Below are positions 25,997 to 36,645 of a stretch of 64,000 bases of DNA, piece after piece (within the stretch, counting starts at the first letter, position 1; every line of letters starts with the position of its first letter). The notes under the pieces are model-generated. The model was not told the origin of the DNA, searched no databases, and worked only from the letters and a program-made list of their open reading frames with translations. Source of the DNA: Clostridia bacterium (GTDB lineage Bacteria > Bacillota > Clostridia > Saccharofermentanales > DTU023); the NCBI GenBank assembly GCA_040767365.1, contig JAXGOR010000004.1:134283-198282 (forward strand), given 5' to 3'. A program made the position numbers and the translations under genes.

Positions 25997-26962
25997 TTAT
26001 GACTGATCGGGATCGGCCAGCTCCAGGCCATGGACCCCCAGCTTTTCAACCAATTCATCGAGCGAGGTGGCTCCCAGGTTCCGGACTTTCATGAGGTCCT
26101 CGCGCGACTTGGCCACCAGGTCGGCGACCGTATGGATGTCCGCCCGCTTCAGGGAGTTGAAGATCCTGGTTGAGAACTTCAAATCCTCGATCGGCGCGTC
26201 GTAGATGCTCTTTTCCTCTTCCTCGATGATCAGCGGCTCCTCACCGGCCACGTTTTTGTCATGGGTCATGGACAGGAAAAGATTGAGATGGTCGATCAGG
26301 ATTCCGGCCGCCTTCATCAGGGCCTCCTCCGCCGTAATCGTACCGTCGGTCCAAATCTCCAAGGTCAGCTTGTCATAGTCGGTGATCTGGCCGACCCGGG
26401 TGTCCTCCACCTGGAAATTGACCTTGCGCACAGGCGTAAAGATGGAATCCATGGGGATGACGCCGATGGGGGCGTTCATCTCCTTGTTCTGGTCGGCGCT
26501 CTTGTAGCCGACCCCCGCGTTGAAGGTCAGTCCCATGAAGAGCGGCCCATCGCCGTTCATGTGGGCAATGACCAGGTCAGGATTGACGATCTCCAGTTCA
26601 TCGCTCTGGTTGAACTCCCCGGCCCGGACCGGCCCCTTGAAGCCGGCTTCCTTGTTGATGAAGACCGTCTTGGGCCCCTCCACATGCAGGCGGGCCCGGA
26701 TATCCTTGATGTTCAGGAGAATCTCGGTGACATCCTCGATGACGCCCGGCACGGTGGAGTATTCCTGGAAGATCCCCTCGATCCTGACAGAGGTGGCGGC
26801 ACAGCCGGGCAGCGACGACAGCAGGACGCGCCGGAGCGCGTTGCCAAGCGTCGTCCCGTAACCGCGTTCAAGCGGCTCCGCGACGAAAAGGCCGTAGGTC
26901 TCGTCCTCTGAGTAGGATTTATATTCAATGCTCGTATTGGTCGCGTTTTTCAGTTCGATCAT
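25997..26962 (-). CDS. rpoA: DNA-directed RNA polymerase subunit alpha
   Basis: Track ORF 25997..27049 trimmed to ATG 26962, because the longer start overlaps rpsD. MIELKN...FVAEPLERGYGTTLGNALRRVLLSSLPG... plus a C-terminal domain. Confidence 0.92.
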   Translation of the reverse strand: MIELKNATNTSIEYKSYSEDETYGLFVAEPLERGYGTTLGNALRRVLLSSLPGCAATSVRIEGIFQEYSTVPGVIEDVTEILLNIKDIRARLHVEGPKTVFINKEAGFKGPVRAGEFNQSDELEIVNPDLVIAHMNGDGPLFMGLTFNAGVGYKSADQNKEMNAPIGVIPMDSIFTPVRKVNFQVEDTRVGQITDYDKLTLEIWTDGTITAEEALMKAAGILIDHLNLFLSMTHDKNVAGEEPLIIEEEEKSIYDAPIEDLKFSTRIFNSLKRADIHTVADLVAKSREDLMKVRNLGATSLDELVEKLGVHGLELADPDQS

Positions 26963-26999
26963 GGCAATCTCCTTGTCGCTCACAGGGCTTCTGGATCCA

Positions 27000-27581
27000 T
27001 TATTTCGAGTAGAGCTCGACGATGAGTGTTTCCTCGACATCGAGATCAATCTCGTCCCGTTCCGGCACCCTCAGGACCGTCCCCTTGAGATGGTCGGCGT
27101 CAAAGGACAGCCAGTTGGGAACGATCGTATTCGGCAGCTCGTCAAAGAGCTTGACATGGCGGGAATTCTCGCGCACGGCAACTTCGTCGCCAGGGGAGAC
27201 ATTCATGGAAGGGATGCTGGCCCGGCGGCCATTGAGATTGAAGTGGCCATGGTTGACCAACTGACGGGCCTGGGCCCTGGTCGCCGCGAAACCCATCCGG
27301 TAGACCACGTTGTCAAGCCGGAGCTCCAGGAGTTTCAGCAGGTTCTCACCGCTCTTGCCGGGCATCTTGCTGGCCCGCTCATAGGTGTTGCGGAACTGTT
27401 TCTCCAGGACACCATAGACGAACTTGACCGATTGCTTGGCCCTGAGCTGGCGCCCGTACTCCCCTTCTTTACGTCGGGATTGTCTCGGGTTGCGTTTTGA
27501 TTTTTTATTTATACCCAGCATCTGAGGCGGCACTTCCAATGACCGGCTGCGTTTCAGGATGGGCGATCTGTCTTTAGCCAT
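27000..27581 (-). CDS. rpsD: 30S ribosomal protein S4
   Basis: Track ORF of 193 aa: ...YGRQLRAKQSVKFVYGVLEKQFRNTY...LLELRLDNVVYRMGFAATRAQARQLVNHGH. Confidence 0.93.
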   Translation of the reverse strand: MAKDRSPILKRSRSLEVPPQMLGINKKSKRNPRQSRRKEGEYGRQLRAKQSVKFVYGVLEKQFRNTYERASKMPGKSGENLLKLLELRLDNVVYRMGFAATRAQARQLVNHGHFNLNGRRASIPSMNVSPGDEVAVRENSRHVKLFDELPNTIVPNWLSFDADHLKGTVLRVPERDEIDLDVEETLIVELYSK

Positions 27582-27597
27582 ATAACTTGCTCTCCTC

Positions 27598-27999
27598 TTA
27601 GACTCTTCTGCGCTTGGGCGGCCGGCAGCCGTTATGCGGAATCGGCGTCACGTCCTTGATCATGACGATCTCAAGACCGCCTGTCGCCAGCGCCCGGATG
27701 GCCGATTCCCGACCCGAGCCCGGACCGCGCACAAAGACCTCGACGGTCTTCATGCCGTGTTCCACGGCCTTGCGGGCGGCCTGTTCCGCGGCCAGCTGGG
27801 CGGCGAAGGGGGTCCCCTTGCGTGAGCCCTTCATGCCCTGGGCTCCAGCGCTCGACCAGGAGATGACGTTCCCCGCGGGATCCGTGATCGTCACAATGGT
27901 GTTGTTGAAGGACGAATGGATATGAGCCGCCCCACGTTCAATATTCTTTCGGTCCCGCCTTCTGGTGCGGGCGGCCGGACGACCTTTTTTCGTTGCCAT
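27598..27999 (-). CDS. rpsK: 30S ribosomal protein S11
   Basis: Track ORF of 133 aa: [30 protein letters not shown]...[16 protein letters not shown]. Confidence 0.95.
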   Translation of the reverse strand: MATKKGRPAARTRRRDRKNIERGAAHIHSSFNNTIVTITDPAGNVISWSSAGAQGMKGSRKGTPFAAQLAAEQAARKAVEHGMKTVEVFVRGPGSGRESAIRALATGGLEIVMIKDVTPIPHNGCRPPKRRRV

Positions 28000-28011
28000 A
28001 CCTCGTCCCCC

Positions 28012-28380
28012 TTATCTCTTTTTCCTGGCCATGGTGCGTTTGGGGCCCTTGCGCGTGCGCGCGTTGGTCCGCGTCCGCTGTCCACGGACGGGTAGCCCGA
28101 TCCGGTGGCGCCGGCCACGGTAGCAGCCAATTTCCGCCAAGCGCTTGATATTCATGGCTGTTTCGCGGCGCAGATCACCCTCCACCGTGAAATGGTCCTC
28201 AATTGTCTCACGGATACGGGTGATCTCTTCGTCCGTCAAATCACGGACGCGCGTGTCGGGATCGACTTCCGCCGCCGTCAGAATTTTATTCGAGCTCGTG
28301 CGGCCGATGCCATAAATGGCCGTCAGTCCGATCTCAACGCGTTTGTTGTTGGGCAAATCAACCCCGGCAATACGTGCCAT
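28012..28380 (-). CDS. rpsM: 30S ribosomal protein S13
   Basis: Track ORF of 122 aa: [26 protein letters not shown]...[23 protein letters not shown]. Confidence 0.95.
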   Translation of the reverse strand: MARIAGVDLPNNKRVEIGLTAIYGIGRTSSNKILTAAEVDPDTRVRDLTDEEITRIRETIEDHFTVEGDLRRETAMNIKRLAEIGCYRGRRHRIGLPVRGQRTRTNARTRKGPKRTMARKKR

Positions 28381-28498
28381 GCGCTACCTCCAAATTATGC
28401 TCGCATACTTATTGGTTACAACAGGACTGTCGCTTCCGCTCCCGGATCCTGCCTGTTCTTGTCTATCTCTATTCTTATCAATCAAGAGCTTCACGCTC

Positions 28499-28612
28499 TC
28501 AGCCTTGCCTCTGCTTGTGCTTCGGATCGCTGCAGATCACCATGACACGCCCGCGGCGCTTGATCACACGGCACTTTTCGCAGATTGGCTTGACCGAAGG
28601 TCTAACTTTCAT
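28499..28612 (-). CDS. rpmJ: 50S ribosomal protein L36
   Basis: Below the ORF-track size cutoff. The reverse strand reads [37 protein letters not shown] then a stop. It lies between infA and rpsM, as expected. Confidence 0.93.
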   Translation of the reverse strand: MKVRPSVKPICEKCRVIKRRGRVMVICSDPKHKQRQG

Positions 28613-28687
28613 GGTTCTTCTCCTTTTGCGCCCTATTGCGACGCACAGCTAATAATTTTAACCCGCCTGCCTCTGAAAATCAAGATC

Positions 28688-28906
28688 CTACTTGGATCTC
28701 CAGATTATGCGGCCCCGCGTCAAATCATAGGGTGACAGCTCGACCGTGACGTGGTCACCGTTGAGAATCTTGATGTAGTTTTGACGCAACTTGCCGGAAA
28801 TGTGCGCGATCACCTCAAAGCCATTCTCCAGGCGGACCCGGAAGACGGCATTTGGCATGGTATCGACGACCACTCCCTTAACTTCGATTGCTTCTTCTTT
28901 AGGCAT
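28688..28906 (-). CDS. infA: translation initiation factor IF-1
   Basis: Track ORF of 72 aa: [70 protein letters not shown]. Confidence 0.95.
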   Translation of the reverse strand: MPKEEAIEVKGVVVDTMPNAVFRVRLENGFEVIAHISGKLRQNYIKILNGDHVTVELSPYDLTRGRIIWRSK

Positions 28907-28930
28907 CTTCTCCTCCGATCGCCTGAATCG

Positions 28931-29257
28931 TCACTTGGTATCCATTCCCTTGTCCTCAGCCCACTGGGTGATCAGCTTCCTGATCAGGGTCTTGTACTCA
29001 CTCTCGCACAGATCCCCCCCCAGCATCTCTTCCAGGGCCCCGGCCTCAAGCGCCCGGCCCAGTTTTTGGACATGCCTGGTATTCTTCAGCTTGGCGTCGA
29101 CGTAGCCTCTGGTACGTCCGTCGGCCAAAAGCAATCGCCTGTCGCCCTTCGAGGCCAGAACCAGATAAAGCCTTCCCCTGTCATGACCTTTTACGGAAAG
29201 GACCACCATTCCCGGACTGAATAAGTCAGGCAAGGCTGGCTCACTTTTGACATCCAC
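28931..29257 (-). CDS. KOW-domain RNA-binding protein (small protein conserved between map and infA in Clostridia)
   Basis: The track ORF of 108 aa contains GMVVLSVKGHDRGRLYLVLASKGDRRLLLADGRTR...KLKNTRHVQKLG. The start may be the internal MVVLSV. Confidence 0.65.
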   Translation of the reverse strand: MDVKSEPALPDLFSPGMVVLSVKGHDRGRLYLVLASKGDRRLLLADGRTRGYVDAKLKNTRHVQKLGRALEAGALEEMLGGDLCESEYKTLIRKLITQWAEDKGMDTK

Positions 29258-29258
29258 T

Positions 29259-30068
29259 TCATCTACCTCCCGGAAGCCCGGACTGACGGGCCTCCCTGCC
29301 GTCCGCGCCCAGAGTCAGGACCAGGGGGCCCTCCTCCGTTATGGCAAAGGTATTCTCATAATGCGCCGCGGGTTGACCATCCCGGGTCACAAAGGTCCAG
29401 TCATTCTCAGCCAGGGCGATTTCACGGGAGCCGAGCGTCACCATGGGCTCCAGGGCCAGTGTCATGCCGGCCGCCAGGCGGATGCCCCGCCCCTTCTTGC
29501 CGTAGTTGGGCAGGTTGGGGGCCTCATGGAGTTCCGTCCCGATCCCGTGTCCCGTCAGCTCGCGGACGACACCAAAGCCGTGCGACTCACAGTGTTCCTG
29601 GACGGCGGCCGAGATATCCCCCAGCCGATTACCTGGAAGGGCTTGCTCCAATCCCTTCCAGAAGGCTTCCTCCGTCACCTGGACCAGGAGGCGGACCCGG
29701 TCGGGGACCTGGCCGATGATATAGGTCCGGGCGGCGTCCCCATGGTAACCGTCCAGATAGGCGCCGACATCAACCGAAACCAGCATGCCCTCCCGAAGCA
29801 GCTTGTCCCTGCCGGGGAAACCGTGCACCACCTCGTCGTCCAGCGAGATGCAGGTGGATGCCGGAAAGGGGGTCGGTCCCTGGCCGTCATAGCCCAGGAA
29901 GGAGGGCAGGGCGCCCGCTCCGACAATGACCTTGTGGGCGACCCGGTCAATCTCCTCCGTGCTCATGCCTTCGACCATGAGGGGCTCAATCGCCTCAAAG
30001 ACAGCCGCAACCACAGCGCCGGGCCGGCGCATAATCTCGATCGCTTCTTTTGACTTGAGCCTGATCAT
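29259..30068 (-). CDS. map: type I methionyl aminopeptidase
   Basis: Track ORF of 269 aa: MIRLKSKEAIEIMR...SLDDEVVHGFP...VDVGAYLDGYHGDAARTY...TGHGIG..LHE...LEPM. Confidence 0.92.
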   Translation of the reverse strand: MIRLKSKEAIEIMRRPGAVVAAVFEAIEPLMVEGMSTEEIDRVAHKVIVGAGALPSFLGYDGQGPTPFPASTCISLDDEVVHGFPGRDKLLREGMLVSVDVGAYLDGYHGDAARTYIIGQVPDRVRLLVQVTEEAFWKGLEQALPGNRLGDISAAVQEHCESHGFGVVRELTGHGIGTELHEAPNLPNYGKKGRGIRLAAGMTLALEPMVTLGSREIALAENDWTFVTRDGQPAAHYENTFAITEEGPLVLTLGADGREARQSGLPGGR

Positions 30069-30116
30069 GTCCTCTGCTTTTTTGTTTTCAAATTCCAGTC
30101 AACAGGAGGGATCCCG

Positions 30117-30788
30117 TTACACTACGCTGCCTGGGGGCAAGCCCAAGAGGCGGGCCATCTCCTTCTTGCTCTCCGCTTCCGGAGGCTGTGTCCTGGAGTA
30201 GGCGACCAGCTTGCCCTGATCCTTGTAATAGTCGATCAGGGGCTCCGTCAGTTCGTGATAGGTCTTGAAGCGTTGCTTCAAGGTTTCCGCCGTATCGTCA
30301 CTCCTGCGGACGACCTTGCCGCCGCAGCGGTCACAGACACCCTCCGTCTTGGGCCTCAAGACCTCGGCGTGGTAGGGCTGGCCGCATTCGACACAGACCA
30401 TCCTGGCCAGGGCCCGCTCGATCAGGATCTCCTCCGGGATATCCAGCTCGATGACGGTGTCAATCCCGGTTCCCTCTTTTTCGAGTATGGCCTCCAGGGC
30501 CTCGGCCTGGACCAGGGTCCTGGGAAAGCCGTCCAGGATGAAACCCTCCCGGCCCGGCCCCTCCGTAATGGCCTGTTCGATAAGGCGGATGGTTACATCG
30601 TCCGGTACCAGGGTTCCCCCCTCAACGTAGGAGCGGATCTCCCGCCCCAGCGGGCTGTCCTCCGCCAGCTCCTCCCGGAAGAGGTCTCCGGAGGAGATAT
30701 GGGGGAGCGAGAGGGAATCCGACAGGATCTTGGCCCAGGTCCCCTTGCCGCTCCCGGGTGGCCCCAACATAATAATCCGCTTAATCAT
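30117..30788 (-). CDS. adk: adenylate kinase (zinc-lid type)
   Basis: Track ORF 30117..30839 trimmed to ATG 30788. MIKRIIMLGPPGSGKGTWAKIL...ILDGFPRT...CVECGQPYH...CDRCGGKVVRRSDD. Confidence 0.92.
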   Translation of the reverse strand: MIKRIIMLGPPGSGKGTWAKILSDSLSLPHISSGDLFREELAEDSPLGREIRSYVEGGTLVPDDVTIRLIEQAITEGPGREGFILDGFPRTLVQAEALEAILEKEGTGIDTVIELDIPEEILIERALARMVCVECGQPYHAEVLRPKTEGVCDRCGGKVVRRSDDTAETLKQRFKTYHELTEPLIDYYKDQGKLVAYSRTQPPEAESKKEMARLLGLPPGSVV

Positions 30789-30792
30789 AAAA

Positions 30793-32084
30793 TCAATCCA
30801 GGAAGCCCTTGTAGTGACGCATGAGCATTTGTGCCTCAAGCTGCGTCACGATATCCATGGCCACACCGACCAGGATAAGTACCGCTGTTCCACCGAACCA
30901 GATCCCGTGGGCACCGGTCAGGAGGCCAAGGAAGGCCGGCAGAAGAACCAGGACCACCAGGAAGACTGACTCAAACCAATTGAGGCGGCGGGCCGTCTTG
31001 CCGATAAAATCGGCAGTGGGCCGTCCCGGTCTGATCCCCAGGATGTAGCCGCCGTTCTTTTGCAGATTACCCGCGATCTCCACCGGATTGTAACTGATCA
31101 TGGAGTAGAAGAAGGTAAAGGCGATGATCAGAATGGCGTAGATCAGGTAATAGAGCGGGTTGCTGTTGAAATTCATAAGCCAGACCGCCAGCTTGCCCGT
31201 GCGCCTGTGAAGGAGGCGATGGTCGAGGGCACCATAAGCATGGACATGGCGAAGATGACCGGCAGAACACCGGACTGGTTCACCTTGATCGGCAGATAGG
31301 TGCTCTGGCCCCCGTACATCTTGCGGCCTACTACCCGCTTGGTGTACTGGACCGGGATCCGCCGTTCCGCGCTCTGGATGAAGACAACCAGGGCGATGAT
31401 GCCGACAAAGACCGCCACCGTCACCACAACCAGGCCCAGGGCCAGGAGGATATTCCCGGTCACGGTCAGGGTGGTGAAATAGACGAAGAGTCGCCTGGCG
31501 TAATCGGGCGACCGGCTGGCGATGCCGATGAAGATGATCAGGGAGATCCCGTTTCCGACCCCCTTGGCGTCAATCTGCTCACCCAGCCACATGATGAAGG
31601 CGGCGCCGGCGGCAAAGCTCAGGATAACCACTACCAGGCTCAGCCACTCGGGGATGCCCGGGGTAGTCGCGCCCCGTGTCAACAGGGCGTAGGAGGTGGC
31701 CATGACCAGGGAGAGGCCCAAGGTCATGAGCCGGGTGATCTTCTGGAGCTTCTTCTGGCCTTCCTCGCCTTCCTTCTGCAGGCGCTCCAGCGCCGGGATG
31801 GCAAAGGTCAGCAGCTGCATGATGATCGAGGCGTTGATATAGGGCGATATACCCAGCGCCATGACCGACACCGACTTGAAGGCGCCCCCCGAGATGATGT
31901 CGAGGAACTGGCCCAGCTGGCCAAAACGATCGATGAGCGACGCGAAGGCGACGCTGTCAATCATGGGGGTCGGGATGGCTGTCCCCAGCCTGAAGGCCAG
32001 GATGGCGAAAAGCGTGAAGAGGATCTTCTTCTTTAAGTCCGGAATTCTCCAGGCATTGGCCAGGGTCTGAAACATACTGCCCAT
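30793..32084 (-). pseudogene. secY: preprotein translocase SecY, read as two ORFs because of a 1-nt frameshift (303-aa N-part + 127-aa C-part)
   Basis: Track ORFs 31173..32084 (…LPIKVNQSGVLPVIFAMSMLMVPSTIASFTGA then RASWRSGL stop) and 30793..31176 (MNFNSNPLYYLIYAILIIAFTFFY…GGYILGIRPGRPT…HYKGFLD). The C-part frame upstream reads TGKLAVWLMNFNS, so a single missing base near 31198-31203 restores one 430-aa SecY. The span is 1292 nt (3n+2). The stop and start overlap as ATGA (31173-31176). Confidence 0.85.
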
Positions 32085-32085
32085 G

Positions 32086-32535
32086 TCAGATTACCTCACA
32101 GCTTCCCCCGGCCGCTTCGATTTTTTCCTTGGCCGTAACCGTAAAAGCGCTGGCTTTCACGTCGAGTTTTTTCGTCAGCTCGCCGTCTCCCAGGATTTTC
32201 AGCCCGTCATTGACCTTGGGCAGGGAGATGACGCCTTGCTCTGCCAGTTTCTCAGCCGTCACCGTATCGCCGTCTTCCATGCGCATCAAATCGCCGACAT
32301 TGACCGTGATGTAGTGCTTGGCAAAACGTTTATTGTTGAAGCCCCGCTTGGGCAGCCTGCGGTAGAGAGGCATCTGGCCGCCTTCAAACTGGGGACGGAC
32401 ACCGCCACCCGAACGCGCCTTCTGGCCCTTGGTACCCCGGCCCGATGTCTTGCCGCCGCCTGAGCTGCGGCCGCGCCCGACGCGCGATGACTTGCGGGTG
32501 GAGCCGGCGACAGGTTTCAGATCATTCAACTTCAT
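32086..32535 (-). CDS. rplO: 50S ribosomal protein L15
   Basis: Track ORF trimmed to ATG 32535 (AAGGAGGAG RBS). [43 protein letters not shown]. Confidence 0.93.
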   Translation of the reverse strand: MKLNDLKPVAGSTRKSSRVGRGRSSGGGKTSGRGTKGQKARSGGGVRPQFEGGQMPLYRRLPKRGFNNKRFAKHYITVNVGDLMRMEDGDTVTAEKLAEQGVISLPKVNDGLKILGDGELTKKLDVKASAFTVTAKEKIEAAGGSCEVI

Positions 32536-32728
32536 GGTCTCCTCCTTCTTCATAAGGTTCCGCGACCACCAGGTGGCGGACCTTGCGGACCATGCCGCGG
32601 ATGGCGTCATTGTCCTTCTGAATCACGGATTGACCGATCTTTCTCAATCCGAGCGCGCGCACCGTCGCCCTTTGGTCTTTACGGGCGTTGTTGACACTGC
32701 GCAGCAAGGTTATTCTCAGTTGATCCAT
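32522..32728 (-). CDS. rpmD: 50S ribosomal protein L30
   Basis: Track ORF trimmed to ATG 32728 (AAGGAGGG RBS). [54 protein letters not shown]. Confidence 0.9.
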   Translation of the reverse strand: MDQLRITLLRSVNNARKDQRATVRALGLRKIGQSVIQKDNDAIRGMVRKVRHLVVAEPYEEGGDHEVE

Positions 32729-32738
32729 GTCACCCTCC

Positions 32739-33260
32739 TTACAGGATTTCCCGCGCGTTCTTGCCGCGGATTTCGGCGACTTGCTCAAGTGTCCGAAGCG
32801 ACTTCAATCCCTCGATCGCCGCGTTGACGACGTTGTTGGGGTTGGCGCTTCCAAGCGATTTGGTGCGGATGTCCTTGATCCCCGCCAGTTCACAGACGGC
32901 GCGGACCGCCCCGCCCGCGATGACGCCCGTACCGGCCGCTGCCGGTTTCAGGAGCACACGTGCGGCGCCGAACTTGCCGGTCACCTCATAGGGAATTGTA
33001 TCTTTATAGGTCGCGACAGTGATCAGGTTCTTTTTCGCGTCTTCAATGCCCTTCCGGATCGCCTCGGGGATCTCGCTTGACTTGCCAAGCCCCTTCCCCA
33101 CGCGTCCTTCGCCGTCACCTACGACGACAAGGGCTGTAAAGCGGAAATTACGCCCGCCCTTGACTGTCTTGGCCACCCGGCCAATGTGGATGACGCGCTC
33201 CTGGAATTCATTATCGCGATCCCTGTCGTCTCTTCTGTCGCGGTCTCGTTCTCTTCTCAT
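32739..33260 (-). CDS. rpsE: 30S ribosomal protein S5
   Basis: Track ORF trimmed to ATG 33260 (GAGGAG RBS). ...[51 protein letters not shown]. Confidence 0.93.
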   Translation of the reverse strand: MRRERDRDRRDDRDRDNEFQERVIHIGRVAKTVKGGRNFRFTALVVVGDGEGRVGKGLGKSSEIPEAIRKGIEDAKKNLITVATYKDTIPYEVTGKFGAARVLLKPAAAGTGVIAGGAVRAVCELAGIKDIRTKSLGSANPNNVVNAAIEGLKSLRTLEQVAEIRGKNAREIL

Positions 33261-33271
33261 ATTGCCACTCC

Positions 33272-33640
33272 TCAAAATTCAAGTCCGACTTCGCGCGCGG
33301 CCTCGGCCAACGCGGCGACACGCCCGTGATAAAGATAGCCGCCGCGGTCAAAGACTACGACCTTGTAACCCTTATCGACGGCCCGCTCGGCGATCAGTTT
33401 ACCGACGGCCTGGGCCGCCTCGACATTGCCGCCATTCGGGTGCGCTTCCTTGACGGCGGCGTCAAGGGTTGAGGCCGCCAGCAACGTGTGATGCGATTCG
33501 TCATCAATAAGCTGCGCGTAGATATGCGAAGCGCTCCTGAAAATGTTGAGCCTCGGGCGTTCGGCCGTACCGCGCAGTTGTTTTCTCACACGCGCGTGAC
33601 GGCGGAGGCGGACCTTATTGCGTGGTTCTTTTTTTATCAT
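33272..33640 (-). CDS. rplR: 50S ribosomal protein L18
   Basis: Track ORF of 122 aa: ...[37 protein letters not shown]...[28 protein letters not shown]. Confidence 0.94.
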   Translation of the reverse strand: MIKKEPRNKVRLRRHARVRKQLRGTAERPRLNIFRSASHIYAQLIDDESHHTLLAASTLDAAVKEAHPNGGNVEAAQAVGKLIAERAVDKGYKVVVFDRGGYLYHGRVAALAEAAREVGLEF

Positions 33641-33653
33641 TTCGCAACGCTCC

Positions 33654-34193
33654 TTACTTCACACCGGATTTGCCGGCCTTGAGGCGTACCACCTCACCGG
33701 CATAGCGGATGCCCTTGCCCTTGTAGGGGTCCGGCAGACGCGAGCCCCTGATCTTGGCGGCCATCTCGCCTACCAGCTGCTTGTCGGCTCCCTTGACGGC
33801 GATCCGGGTCGGGGAAGCCAGCTCAAAACTGATGCCTTCCGGTTCCTCAAAGATCACCTGGTGTGAGTAGCCCAGGTCCATGACCAGCTTGTTGCCGTCT
33901 TTTTGGGCCCTGTATCCGACACCCTGGATTTCCAGATTCTTGGTAAAGCCCTCACTCAGGCCAATCACCATATTATTGATCAGTGAACGGGTCAGGCCGT
34001 GGAAGGCACGGGTTTCACGCTGGTCATTCTCGCGTTCGACCAGGATCTCGCCGGCCTCAACCTTGACGGTAATACCCGGAAGGATCTTCTGGGTCAGCGA
34101 TTCCTTGCCCCGCTTCACTTCGATTTTGTCACCCAGGACCTCGACCTCGATGTCCTTGGGGACCACTATCGGCTTCTTGCCAATTCTTGACAT
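33654..34193 (-). CDS. rplF: 50S ribosomal protein L6
   Basis: Track ORF of 179 aa: [19 protein letters not shown]...[23 protein letters not shown]. Confidence 0.94.
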   Translation of the reverse strand: MSRIGKKPIVVPKDIEVEVLGDKIEVKRGKESLTQKILPGITVKVEAGEILVERENDQRETRAFHGLTRSLINNMVIGLSEGFTKNLEIQGVGYRAQKDGNKLVMDLGYSHQVIFEEPEGISFELASPTRIAVKGADKQLVGEMAAKIRGSRLPDPYKGKGIRYAGEVVRLKAGKSGVK

Positions 34194-34253
34194 AATAGTC
34201 CTCCTGCTCTTGAGATTGTGGGTTCATCAACCCTTTTCAGAGTCCAGCTCCTC

Positions 34254-34649
34254 TTACCAGACATAGGCCAGCACTTCACCGCCCACCTTGGTCCGGCGCG
34301 CGAATTTATCGGTCATGACGCCCTTGGAGGTCGAAATGATGGCGATACCGAGACCGTTCTGGACCCGCGGCAGATGTTCAACATCGGCATAGACGCGAAG
34401 TCCCGGTTTCGAGATGCGCTTGATGCCCGTGATGACGGGCTTGGAGCCATAATACTTCAAGGTGACAGTCAGTAGGCCCTGCTTGCCGTCCTCGCGATAG
34501 GAGACCTTGTCGATGTAACCTTCATCGACGAGAATATCCGCGATGGCGCGCTTCATATTCGAAGCGGGGATCTCACATGACATTTTGCCGGCCCTTCCGG
34601 CGTTGCGGATGCGTGTCAGCATGTCCGCGATTGGATCCGTAACCTGCAT
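34254..34649 (-). CDS. rpsH: 30S ribosomal protein S8
   Basis: Track ORF of 131 aa: [17 protein letters not shown]...[31 protein letters not shown]. Confidence 0.95.
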   Translation of the reverse strand: MQVTDPIADMLTRIRNAGRAGKMSCEIPASNMKRAIADILVDEGYIDKVSYREDGKQGLLTVTLKYYGSKPVITGIKRISKPGLRVYADVEHLPRVQNGLGIAIISTSKGVMTDKFARRTKVGGEVLAYVW

Positions 34650-34661
34650 GATATCTCCTCC

Positions 34662-34847
34662 TTACCAACTGGCTTTGCGTACGCCAGGGATCTGTCCCTT
34701 ATAAGCGAGCTCACGAAAGCAAAGACGGCAGACACCGAACTTGCGGATATAGGCGTGGGGACGCCCGCAGAGTTGGCAACGGTTTTTCTGGCGCGTCGAA
34801 AACTTCGGCTCGCGTTGTGCTTTGATGATCATTGATTTTTTGGCCAT
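34662..34847 (-). CDS. rpsN: 30S ribosomal protein S14, zinc-binding type Z
   Basis: Track ORF of 61 aa: [61 protein letters not shown]. Confidence 0.95.
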   Translation of the reverse strand: MAKKSMIIKAQREPKFSTRQKNRCQLCGRPHAYIRKFGVCRLCFRELAYKGQIPGVRKASW

Positions 34848-34859
34848 GATGTACTCCTC

Positions 34860-35399
34860 TTACCTGCGGAAGGGCATGCCGAGCCCGGCGAGCAGAGCCT
34901 TGGCCTCTTCATCGGATGTCGCCGTGGTGACGATGGCGATGTCAAGGCCATTGATCTTGTCGATGCTGTCGTAGTCAACTTCCGGGAAGATCAGCTGTTC
35001 ACGCGCGCCCAGTGAAAAGTTGCCGTGACCGTCAAAAGAATTGGGGTTGACCCCACGAAAGTCGCGGACACGGGGCAGGGCGATGCTGATCAGCCTGTCA
35101 AGGAACTGGTACATGCGATCCCCGCGGATCGTAACCTTGACACCGTTGGGCATACCCTCCCTCAGCTTGAAGTTGGCGACCGACTTCCTGGCGTTGATGA
35201 CGACCGGCTTCTGGCCGGAGATGGTCGTCAGGTCGCGTACGGCCGACTCAACCGCCTTGGGGTTTTCACGCACATTGCCGATTCCCACGTTCAGGACAAT
35301 CTTCTCCAGCCGGGGAACCTGCATGACCGTGGAATAGCCAAATTCCTTCATGAGGGCATCACGCACTTGATCAAAATATTTATCTTTTAAGCGGTTCAT
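34860..35399 (-). CDS. rplE: 50S ribosomal protein L5
   Basis: Track ORF of 179 aa: [41 protein letters not shown]. Confidence 0.95.
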   Translation of the reverse strand: MNRLKDKYFDQVRDALMKEFGYSTVMQVPRLEKIVLNVGIGNVRENPKAVESAVRDLTTISGQKPVVINARKSVANFKLREGMPNGVKVTIRGDRMYQFLDRLISIALPRVRDFRGVNPNSFDGHGNFSLGAREQLIFPEVDYDSIDKINGLDIAIVTTATSDEEAKALLAGLGMPFRR

Positions 35400-35402
35400 G
35401 CC

Positions 35403-35771
35403 TTACTCCTTCTTTCCCTTGCTGACCACGGAGATGGTGGCGCCGCAAGACTTGCAGTAGCGGACCTTATCCCCGTTGTCCAAATATTTCCTCCCGGCCT
35501 TGGACGGGCGTTTGCACTTCTGGCAGACCAGCATGACGTTGGACACGTCGATGGGCATCTCCTGGCGGATGATGCCGCCCTGCTGATGCTGGGAGCGGGG
35601 TTTGACGTGGCGTGTCGCGATATTGACACCCTCGACGATCACCCGGCCCTTGGCGGGGTAGGCGGCGATGATCTTGCCGGTCTTGCCCGCGTCTTTCCCG
35701 GTCAGGACGTAGACCTGGTCGTCTACTTTGACATGTAATTTATTTCGGGACATGCTCTTCTCCTTTGCCAT
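35403..35771 (-). CDS. rplX: 50S ribosomal protein L24 (with C-terminal CxxC...CxxC)
   Basis: Track ORF of 122 aa: KLHVKVDDQVYVLTGKDAGKTGKIIAAYPAKGRVIVEGVNIATRHVKP...CQKCKRP...YCKSCG. Confidence 0.92.
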   Translation of the reverse strand: MAKEKSMSRNKLHVKVDDQVYVLTGKDAGKTGKIIAAYPAKGRVIVEGVNIATRHVKPRSQHQQGGIIRQEMPIDVSNVMLVCQKCKRPSKAGRKYLDNGDKVRYCKSCGATISVVSKGKKE

Positions 35772-36139
35772 TACAGGACCTCGGGGGCGAGTGAGAGGAT
35801 CTTCATATAGTTCTTCTCACGCAGCTCACGGGCGATCGGGCCAAAGATACGCGTTCCCTGGGGGTTGCCGTCATCCTTCAGGATGACCGCCGCATTCTCG
35901 TCAAAGCGGATCACCGATCCGTCCTTGCGCTGGATACCCGATTTGGTGCGGACGACCACGGCCCTGACCACTTCGCCCTTTTTGACCGTTCCGCCCGGCG
36001 CGGCCTCCTTGACGGAGCAAACGATGACGTCGCCAACATTGGCGTAGCGGCGTCCCGTCCCCCCCAGCACCTTGATGCACATCAAGCGTTTGGCGCCGGT
36101 ATTGTCGGCGGATTTGAGCCTCGATTGTACTTGAATCAT
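35771..36139 (-). CDS. rplN: 50S ribosomal protein L14
   Basis: Track ORF of 122 aa: [27 protein letters not shown]...[30 protein letters not shown]. Confidence 0.96.
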   Translation of the reverse strand: MIQVQSRLKSADNTGAKRLMCIKVLGGTGRRYANVGDVIVCSVKEAAPGGTVKKGEVVRAVVVRTKSGIQRKDGSVIRFDENAAVILKDDGNPQGTRIFGPIARELREKNYMKILSLAPEVL

Positions 36140-36165
36140 TGACTGTTCCTCCTAAACCCCAAGGG

Positions 36166-36426
36166 CTACCTGGCCTTCTCGATAATCTCGATCAGGCGCC
36201 AGTGTTTTTCGCGGCTCAAGGGTCTTGTTTCCATTACGCGGACGCGGTCACCGATGCCACACTCATTGTTTTCATCGTGCGCTTTCATCTTGACGGTACG
36301 CTTGATATATTTCTTGTAGAGCGGATGCCGCACGTGCTCCGAGACCGCGATGACAATCGTCTTGTCCATCTTGTCGCTGACCACCGTGCCCACAAGCTCT
36401 TTTCTTTTATTGCGTTCTGCGCTCAT
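36166..36426 (-). CDS. rpsQ: 30S ribosomal protein S17
   Basis: Track ORF trimmed to ATG 36426 (AAGGGGGG RBS). [52 protein letters not shown]. Confidence 0.92.
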   Translation of the reverse strand: MSAERNKRKELVGTVVSDKMDKTIVIAVSEHVRHPLYKKYIKRTVKMKAHDENNECGIGDRVRVMETRPLSREKHWRLIEIIEKAR

Positions 36427-36436
36427 AGTTCCCCCC

Positions 36437-36643
36437 TTACCTCGAGACGAGATGGCCAAGTTCATGCTGGCGTATAACCGTTTTGACGCGGGCGATGTCG
36501 CGCTTGACCCGCTTCAGCTCCATGGGATTGGCCAGCTGGTTGGTCGCGTGCGCGAAGCGGAGTTTGAACAGTTCCTGCTTCAACTCCTTCAATTCGGTTT
36601 CAAGCTCGGTCTGGTTTTTGCCACGTAATTCTTTCGCCTTCAT
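36437..36643 (-). CDS. rpmC: 50S ribosomal protein L29
   Basis: Track ORF of 68 aa: [56 protein letters not shown]. Confidence 0.93.
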   Translation of the reverse strand: MKAKELRGKNQTELETELKELKQELFKLRFAHATNQLANPMELKRVKRDIARVKTVIRQHELGHLVSR

Positions 36644-36645
36644 AG

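Noticed and set aside
25997-27049. Over-long ORF-track starts for several operon genes: rpoA 27049, adk 30839, rplO 32610, rpmD 32788, rpsE 33275, rpsQ 36465, rplV 38540, M23 47475, ftsX 48347, Crp 53417, cas3 56079.
   Set aside because: The extensions overlap the preceding gene and lack an RBS. Internal ATG/GTG codons with Shine-Dalgarno sequences give canonical N-termini, and I used those.
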